Notes under the pieces: generated by a model | The model's input: the letters and a program-made list of their open reading frames with translations, nothing else | What the model was told of the DNA's origin: nothing | Database searches by the model: none | From: a virus | DNA length: 64,000 bases | IMG/VR virus record: IMGVR_UViG_3300045988_105796 | Direction: 5' to 3' (one strand) | Position numbers and translations under genes: made by a program | In this document: one piece after another, positions 63,662-64,000 of the stretch | How positions within the stretch are numbered: position 1 is the stretch's first letter | How the letters are laid out: every line of letters begins with the position of its first letter

Positions 63662-64000
63662 TTACTTCTTCTTCTTACCCTTACCTTTCTTTGCAGTAGG
63701 AAGTTTGATACCAAGTTCCTTAGCTACTGCCTTGCGGAGCTTATCTACATCTTCCTCATCGTAATCATCTGGATCGGTGTCAAGCTCTTTGTCATCGCAA
63801 ACATCCTCGAGTTCCTCAAAATCCATTTCCTGGAGAGCCTCTGCAGTAAGTGGTTCCTCCTCTTCTTCCTCATCGTCTTCGTCAGAATCCTCTTCCTCAT
63901 CGTCTTCGTCAGAATCCTCATCGTCATCGTCTTCGTCAGAATCCTCTTCCTCATCGTCTTCGTCAGAATCCTCTTCCTCATCGTCTTCGTCAGAATCCTC
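63662..64000 (-). CDS. Poly-acidic tandem-repeat protein, C-terminal part; the 5' end lies beyond the right edge
   Basis: Manual translation gives EDSDEDDEEEDSDEDDEEEDSDEDDDDEDSDEDDEEEDSDEDDEEEEEEPLTAEALQEMDFEELEDVCDDKELDTDPDDYDEEDVDKLRKAVAKELGIKLPTAKKGKGKKKK*. The ORF-track entry 63745-63981 is a different frame of the same repeat. Confidence 0.7.
   Translation of the reverse strand, partial: EDSDEDDEEEDSDEDDEEEDSDEDDDDEDSDEDDEEEDSDEDDEEEEEEPLTAEALQEMDFEELEDVCDDKELDTDPDDYDEEDVDKLRKAVAKELGIKLPTAKKGKGKKKK
63871..64000. repeat. 27-nt in-frame tandem repeat (at least 5 units, one a variant)
   Basis: The unit CATCGTCTTCGTCAGAATCCTCTTCCT repeats up to the window edge. Confidence 0.85.

Noticed and set aside
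63745-63981. ORF-track protein MRKRILTKTMRKRILTKT...
   Set aside because: This is an alternative frame of the 27-nt tandem repeat. The frame giving EDSDEDDEE... is open from the window edge to a TAA at 63662-63664. That frame is followed by a hairpin, so it is taken as the real gene.
1-64000. Stop-codon reassignment (TAG or TGA recoding), as seen in some gut phages
   Set aside because: All large structural and replication genes are intact under the standard code, with no in-frame stops interrupting recognisable domains. No suppressor tRNA was seen.
1-64000. crAss-like phage identity
   Set aside because: The AT-rich, Bacteroidota-type promoters initially suggested it. However, the window encodes a complete contractile-tail module (sheath, tube, gp25/gpJ/gpV baseplate) and a lambda-like head module. 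These are not crAss-like features, and no giant RNA polymerase genes are present.

Overview
The window is a contiguous piece of an AT-rich, densely coding tailed dsDNA phage genome with a contractile (myovirus-type) tail. No rRNA, tRNA, CRISPR array, integrase or transposase could be recognised by eye. The standard genetic code gives long intact ORFs throughout. Almost everything is on the minus strand. Read in plus coordinates the modules are: (1) 1-11.8 kb, replication and nucleotide metabolism. It holds a truncated family A DNA polymerase, a thymidylate-synthase-fold protein with a dCMP-hydroxymethylase-like active site, an all-alpha NTP pyrophosphatase, dUTPase, a divergent ThyX, an SF2 helicase, a DnaG-type primase and a DnaB-type helicase. 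(2) 11.9-12.6 kb, a lone plus-strand sigma-like gene. (3) 12.7-42.7 kb, the complete late module. In plus-coordinate order it runs: tail fiber, holin-family protein, baseplate (gpI/J/W/V, hub), LysM protein, tape measure, frameshifted tail chaperone, tube, sheath, neck and head accessory proteins including a PKD-domain protein, major capsid, decoration, protease/scaffold, portal, large terminase. (4) 43.0-45.2 kb, a C5 DNA methyltransferase plus an endolysin with two membrane proteins. (5) 45.4-47.4 kb, a plus-strand cassette of small, mostly membrane proteins. (6) 47.5-49.6 kb, an extremely AT-rich island followed by a G-rich noncoding segment. (7) 49.6-64 kb, many small early-type genes on the minus strand. 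These are organised in short operons, each headed by the same about 34-bp promoter cassette (TTGCA, then a -7 box TAnnTTTGCAA, with G-to-G spacing of 28 nt). That cassette matches the Bacteroidota sigma-A consensus (-33 TTTG / -7 TAnnTTTG), so the host is most likely a member of Bacteroidota. The early region is interrupted by a 1.6-kb ORF-free, repeat-dense segment (51.45-53.08 kb). The most notable items are: the predicted cytosine-modification pathway; the repeat- and palindrome-rich noncoding region; the stereotyped promoter set; a precisely located -1 frameshift site in the tail chaperone; and an early cluster of lysine-rich, AT-hook and poly-acidic repeat proteins. All functional calls come from motif reading by eye and from synteny. 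No database search was run.
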